Of a stretch of DNA of 57,963 bases, positions 54,761-57,963 are shown piece after piece. Under the pieces are notes generated by a model that saw only the letters and a program-made list of their open reading frames with translations, searched no databases and was not told where the DNA came from. Each line of letters begins with the position of its first letter. The stretch's first letter is position 1. The position numbers and the translations under genes are program-made. The stretch is from IMG/VR virus record IMGVR_UViG_3300033997_000554, positions 1 to 57,963 of that record; one strand, 5' to 3'. This stretch comes from a virus. Lineage: Duplodnaviria; Caudoviricetes.

Positions 54761-55306
54761 ATGGACACTTGGGACGAAATAAAATCTAAGATGGCACGAA
54801 AACTGCAGACACCCGGGTGGTCCGCAGCAGGGGAGGTTGTTTTCACTCTTGTTGTGTCGAATCTCTCCTTGGGAATTATGCTGTTCATCGCATTTTTAAT
54901 CGATCGGGATGCCGAGATTTCAATGTGCGGCATATGGGAGCGGTTGGCAAGTAGCATAAATCCCACTGAAGTTTTGATATATATATTGGCGGTAATTACT
55001 CCGACTTTGTGGTATATGGCTGTCAATGTTCGCGCAAGAAAATACTTAAAAGGGTTTACCTGGATCCTGTTCTTGCAATGCGCTCTTATATTGGGGAGTG
55101 CTATTGTTTTTGCTCTCGCAAAAACTGGAATGACGTTGAATCAGCGAGTATTGATTCCGTTTGCTTGGGGAAGCTTTTTGTTTGCGATTGCGATTTGGTA
55201 CGGCGTCCTTGTATTTCAGAAAAGTGTTAAAGAGGGGCCGCATGTTGATGCAAGTGATATTGCGGCTAGAGGCGGCAAGGCAATGGCGCAGGAGCTGGAT
55301 TCATGA
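54761..55306 (+). CDS. Four-TM membrane protein, unknown function
   Basis: Four hydrophobic ~20-aa segments; starts 5 nt after dam and overlaps the next gene (ATGA). Confidence 0.8.
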   Translation: MDTWDEIKSKMARKLQTPGWSAAGEVVFTLVVSNLSLGIMLFIAFLIDRDAEISMCGIWERLASSINPTEVLIYILAVITPTLWYMAVNVRARKYLKGFTWILFLQCALILGSAIVFALAKTGMTLNQRVLIPFAWGSFLFAIAIWYGVLVFQKSVKEGPHVDASDIAARGGKAMAQELDS

Positions 55307-56451
55307 AGAATAGAGCGGAGTTAGAGGCTTTTCGAGCCATTCCAGTCGAACAGCCTATAGGTGTTTTTTTTCTCGCCAGTATTCCGGCTCGAGATTTGGT
55401 GGAAATATCTTCTGCAGATTTGCGACACATGGAGCAGGAACTCGATCGCTACGTGGGTATTCAACGGGAGTTGAAGGCGGATCGGGTCGCTGAGATTGGA
55501 AAATTTGTTAATTCGGTTGATGCAACCTTCCCTACTTCCGTAGTGTTGGCGGTAAAAAGTTCGTGCGCTACCTTCGATGAGAAAAGAGGCACGCTAACCC
55601 TGCATGAAGGGATTGACGAAAGTTCGGGTGAGCCTATTCCGCTAGGAAAGGTAGCCAATATCCTGGATGGACAGCATCGCGTCGAAGGCCTGAAAGCGCT
55701 GGTTGAGCACGAGACATTCGATGTGCCAGTTTCAATATTCGTTGATGCTGATATTGCCGACCAGGCGTATATATTCGCAACCGTTAATTTGGCACAGACT
55801 AAGGTCAATAAAAGCTTGGTCTATGATTTATTGGATTATGCTAAGGCTCGAAGTCCTCAGCGCAGCGCGCATGAGATTGTTGTTGCATTAGACGGCGCTC
55901 AGAAAAGTCCGTTGTATCAGAAGATTAAGCGCTTGGGTACTGCTACACCTGGTCGCCAGCCTGGAGTCGAGACCCTCGCCCAAGCCACTGTGGTTAACGC
56001 GATTCTGCCCTTAATCTCCAGAGACCCAGAGACAGATCGTTTTGAGTTGGCGAAAGGAAAAAAGCTGTCGTTGAAGGATGTTCGATATGAAAGCACTCCT
56101 TTGCGTCATTTGTGGATAAAAGAACGAGATACTGATATTGCGAGAATATTGTTTGAATATTTTGCCGCTGTGAAGGAGCAGTGGCCCGAGGCATGGGATT
56201 CTAAAGAGAGGGGCGCAATGTTGGCGCGAACGAACGGGTTTCGTGCATTTTCTAAATTTTTTAAATTGGTTTATCTTCGCGAGCGTCCGGTGGCGGATTT
56301 GGAGAATCCGATCGTTTCGAGATCTAGGTACTCCAAGTACTTTTCCAGGGTCAAGCTGGAGAGTGAGTCGTTTAATTCTATGTATTTTCTTCCTGGCACG
56401 AGCGGTGAGACTTCCCTATTCAACCAACTCCGGAGAGATACCGGCGTCTAG
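55303..56451 (+). CDS. DGQHR-domain (DndB-like, ParB/Srx fold) protein
   Basis: GIQR.L...RV.EI..F, FPTSVVL, ILDGQHRVEG, IF.TVN..QTKV.KSL.YDL. Confidence 0.9.
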   Translation: MKNRAELEAFRAIPVEQPIGVFFLASIPARDLVEISSADLRHMEQELDRYVGIQRELKADRVAEIGKFVNSVDATFPTSVVLAVKSSCATFDEKRGTLTLHEGIDESSGEPIPLGKVANILDGQHRVEGLKALVEHETFDVPVSIFVDADIADQAYIFATVNLAQTKVNKSLVYDLLDYAKARSPQRSAHEIVVALDGAQKSPLYQKIKRLGTATPGRQPGVETLAQATVVNAILPLISRDPETDRFELAKGKKLSLKDVRYESTPLRHLWIKERDTDIARILFEYFAAVKEQWPEAWDSKERGAMLARTNGFRAFSKFFKLVYLRERPVADLENPIVSRSRYSKYFSRVKLESESFNSMYFLPGTSGETSLFNQLRRDTGV

Positions 56452-56574
56452 TGAAAGTCAAAGGCGCGCACGTTGTATTTGAGTTCGCGCCGTTTCCTGT
56501 CATGCCGAAAGTATCGTGGCTGTTGTTTGAGTGATTGCGCCACTTCTGAGAGAGCGGAGTTGCGGCCTGAGTTG

Positions 56575-56605
56575 AAAACGCCCCAGCCCGTGAGGGGCTG
56601 AGGCG
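56575..56605 (-). terminator. Intrinsic terminator of the SOS-regulated minus-strand gene
   Basis: CGCCTCAGCCC-ctcac-GGGCTGGGGCG-TTTT. Confidence 0.7.
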
Positions 56606-56684
56606 AGTGCTCTGCGGCGGCCGGCATGGGCGTCGCGAGCGTGATAAATCTATCATGGCCAATGGCCTCGTGGTGATGTGAGGC

Positions 56685-56999
56685 TCACTCGGTGACCCAT
56701 TGCATCCACCACCCCTGGTAGTAGCGCACACCGGCGATTTCCTCGAAGCCACAGACCATCATGCCCCGGTCCGATCCAAAGGTCAGCAACACTGGGTCAA
56801 GCAAGTCGGGGATCGCGCTTGGGATCCTGGCGCCAAACTTGGCCAAGCTTTCCATGGTCAGGCGCGGTACGTGGCGATTCAGCCCGTCATGGGGCATCGA
56901 GTACATCCGGACCGTGCCCACGACGGGCTGGCCTGGATCGTTGTCGCGGCGGCGTTCGCCGAGGTGGTGTGTGCGTAGGACGCTGCACTGGAATTGCAC
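56685..56999 (-). CDS. LexA-regulated small protein (candidate antirepressor)
   Basis: 104 aa, GTG start; L.DP.L....GM...GFE.I....YYQ.W; directly downstream of an SOS box. Confidence 0.7.
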   Translation of the reverse strand: MQFQCSVLRTHHLGERRRDNDPGQPVVGTVRMYSMPHDGLNRHVPRLTMESLAKFGARIPSAIPDLLDPVLLTFGSDRGMMVCGFEEIAGVRYYQGWWMQWVTE

Positions 57000-57014
57000 G
57001 ATCTTGCTCGAAAA

Positions 57015-57059
57015 ATACTGGATATATATCCAGTATAATTCGCCATCAAAGCGGTGCAA
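57015..57059 (-). promoter_or_regulatory. LexA (SOS) box overlapping a sigma70 promoter
   Basis: Perfect 22-bp palindrome ATACTGGATATATATCCAGTAT (57015-36); minus strand TTGCAC-N16-TATACT. Confidence 0.9.
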
Positions 57060-57092
57060 TTAGGCCCCGATTTTGGCCTTAGGGGACGGAAC

Positions 57093-57287
57093 ATGGCGGA
57101 TGTGACGGACTGGCAGCAGCGTGACGAATACTACTGGGCAGGGCCTGGCAGCTGGACCATCTGCCGAGTATTCGCACAGAACCGCTGGCAGTATGAGGTG
57201 TGGGCGGTGAATGGCACGCGCCACGGCATGGAGCCGTCCCTGGCCGCCGCGATTACGCTCTATGAGAAGGTCAAGCCGGTGTCATAG
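57093..57287 (+). CDS. Small Trp-rich hypothetical protein
   Basis: 64 aa, AGGGGA/GGA RBS, divergent from the SOS box. Confidence 0.65.
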   Translation: MADVTDWQQRDEYYWAGPGSWTICRVFAQNRWQYEVWAVNGTRHGMEPSLAAAITLYEKVKPVS

Positions 57288-57963
57288 GATCGACAGGTTC
57301 GACGGCGTCGGGAAGCTTGTACTTGGAGTTGCCCACTTCCTGGCGCACGGGGTGCCAGCTGAAGGCGGTTTCGGGGAGTCCTTGCGAGAGCATGGCCACC
57401 GCCTGCGCGGTGGGTAGGTCGGGGGCCATCCATTGCAGCGCCAGGTCGGGAGGCAGTGCCACCGGCCGGCGGTCGTGGAGGTCGATCATCCCGCCCGCCG
57501 CGTCGTTGGTGACGATAGCAAAGCCGTGAGCCTCGTCTTTCTCGGCGCCTGGCTTCCAGTCACTCAGGCCTGCGAAGAACAGCGGGGCATCGTCTTTCGA
57601 GTGAATGAAGTAGGGTTGTTTGGGAGGTTTGGTGCTGTCGGCAAGCGGCTTCCATTCGTACCAGCCATCCGCCGGTACGAGGATCCGCCCGCGCCCGATG
57701 AGCATCTTCCACGGCCATGCGCCGGCCAGGATCTTGTCCAGGCGGGCATTCGACATCAGGTGCTTGGAATTGCTGGGGCGCCATCCCCATGGCAGGCGTT
57801 CGACTTCGAACTCGCCCGCAAGCTGGTGCATTGCCAGCGGCTGCCTGCCGGGCGGGATGTTGTAGTCCGGCCCGGCCGGGTCGGAGAAGATTCGGCGGGG
57901 ATTGGGGAACAGGCGCTCCACGTAGTCCATGGGGCCTGACTTCTGGACGATTCGGCCGCACAT
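57271..57963 (-). CDS. SOS response-associated peptidase (SRAP/HMCES/YedK family)
   Basis: MCGR N-terminus, YNIPP, WG, NAR, ADGWYEW, HDRRP. Confidence 0.95.
   Translation of the reverse strand: MCGRIVQKSGPMDYVERLFPNPRRIFSDPAGPDYNIPPGRQPLAMHQLAGEFEVERLPWGWRPSNSKHLMSNARLDKILAGAWPWKMLIGRGRILVPADGWYEWKPLADSTKPPKQPYFIHSKDDAPLFFAGLSDWKPGAEKDEAHGFAIVTNDAAGGMIDLHDRRPVALPPDLALQWMAPDLPTAQAVAMLSQGLPETAFSWHPVRQEVGNSKYKLPDAVEPVDPMTPA

Larger units (their letters stand above)
147..57963. mobile_element. Temperate prophage with lambdoid regulation and podovirus-type (P22/N4-like) morphogenesis genes; att sites not identified
   Basis: Ordered modules: integrase, recombination, cI/cro, replication, Q, terminase, portal, capsid, tail, ejection, lysis; no tape measure or sheath gene. 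Confidence 0.95.

Noticed and set aside
53946-56451. Classical DpnII-like type II restriction-modification system or a dnd phosphorothioation cluster
   Set aside because: No recognisable restriction endonuclease and no dndA/C/D/E genes
56420-56752. 110-aa minus-strand ORF after the DGQHR gene
   Set aside because: Spans a terminator, overlaps genes at both ends and has no protein-like features

Overview
The window is a near-complete, GC-rich temperate prophage, probably from a betaproteobacterium (inferred from composition, gene families and a CTG-N10-CAG LexA box). It runs from a tyrosine integrase at the left edge to an SOS-associated SRAP gene at the right edge. The leftward early arm carries xis, ASCH-like, DUF5131, DnaQ-like, SMC-like, RdgC-FtsK-gamma, RecT and Cas4-like genes. 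Next come a cI/cro switch with six TACC-N4-GGTA-type operators, a rightward early arm (C5 methyltransferase, replication initiator, RusA, Q-like regulator) and pR'/tR'. The late region has podovirus-type head, tail and ejection genes, a 3162-aa polyvalent virion protein and a split lysis module. The most notable items are: (1) an AT-rich three-gene cassette, Dam-type methylase + 4-TM protein + DGQHR protein, that looks like a candidate defence system; (2) a complete antisense transcription unit (terminator, sigma70 promoter, ~75-nt hairpin RNA, U-tract) hidden inside the polyvalent gene directly after a predicted RNase domain; (3) an overprinted 68-aa gene inside the same giant ORF; (4) a C5 methyltransferase with six tandem repeats in its target-recognition region; (5) a repressor lacking an autoprotease domain, paired with a LexA-box-controlled candidate antirepressor. 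All family calls come from motif recognition by eye; no searches were run.
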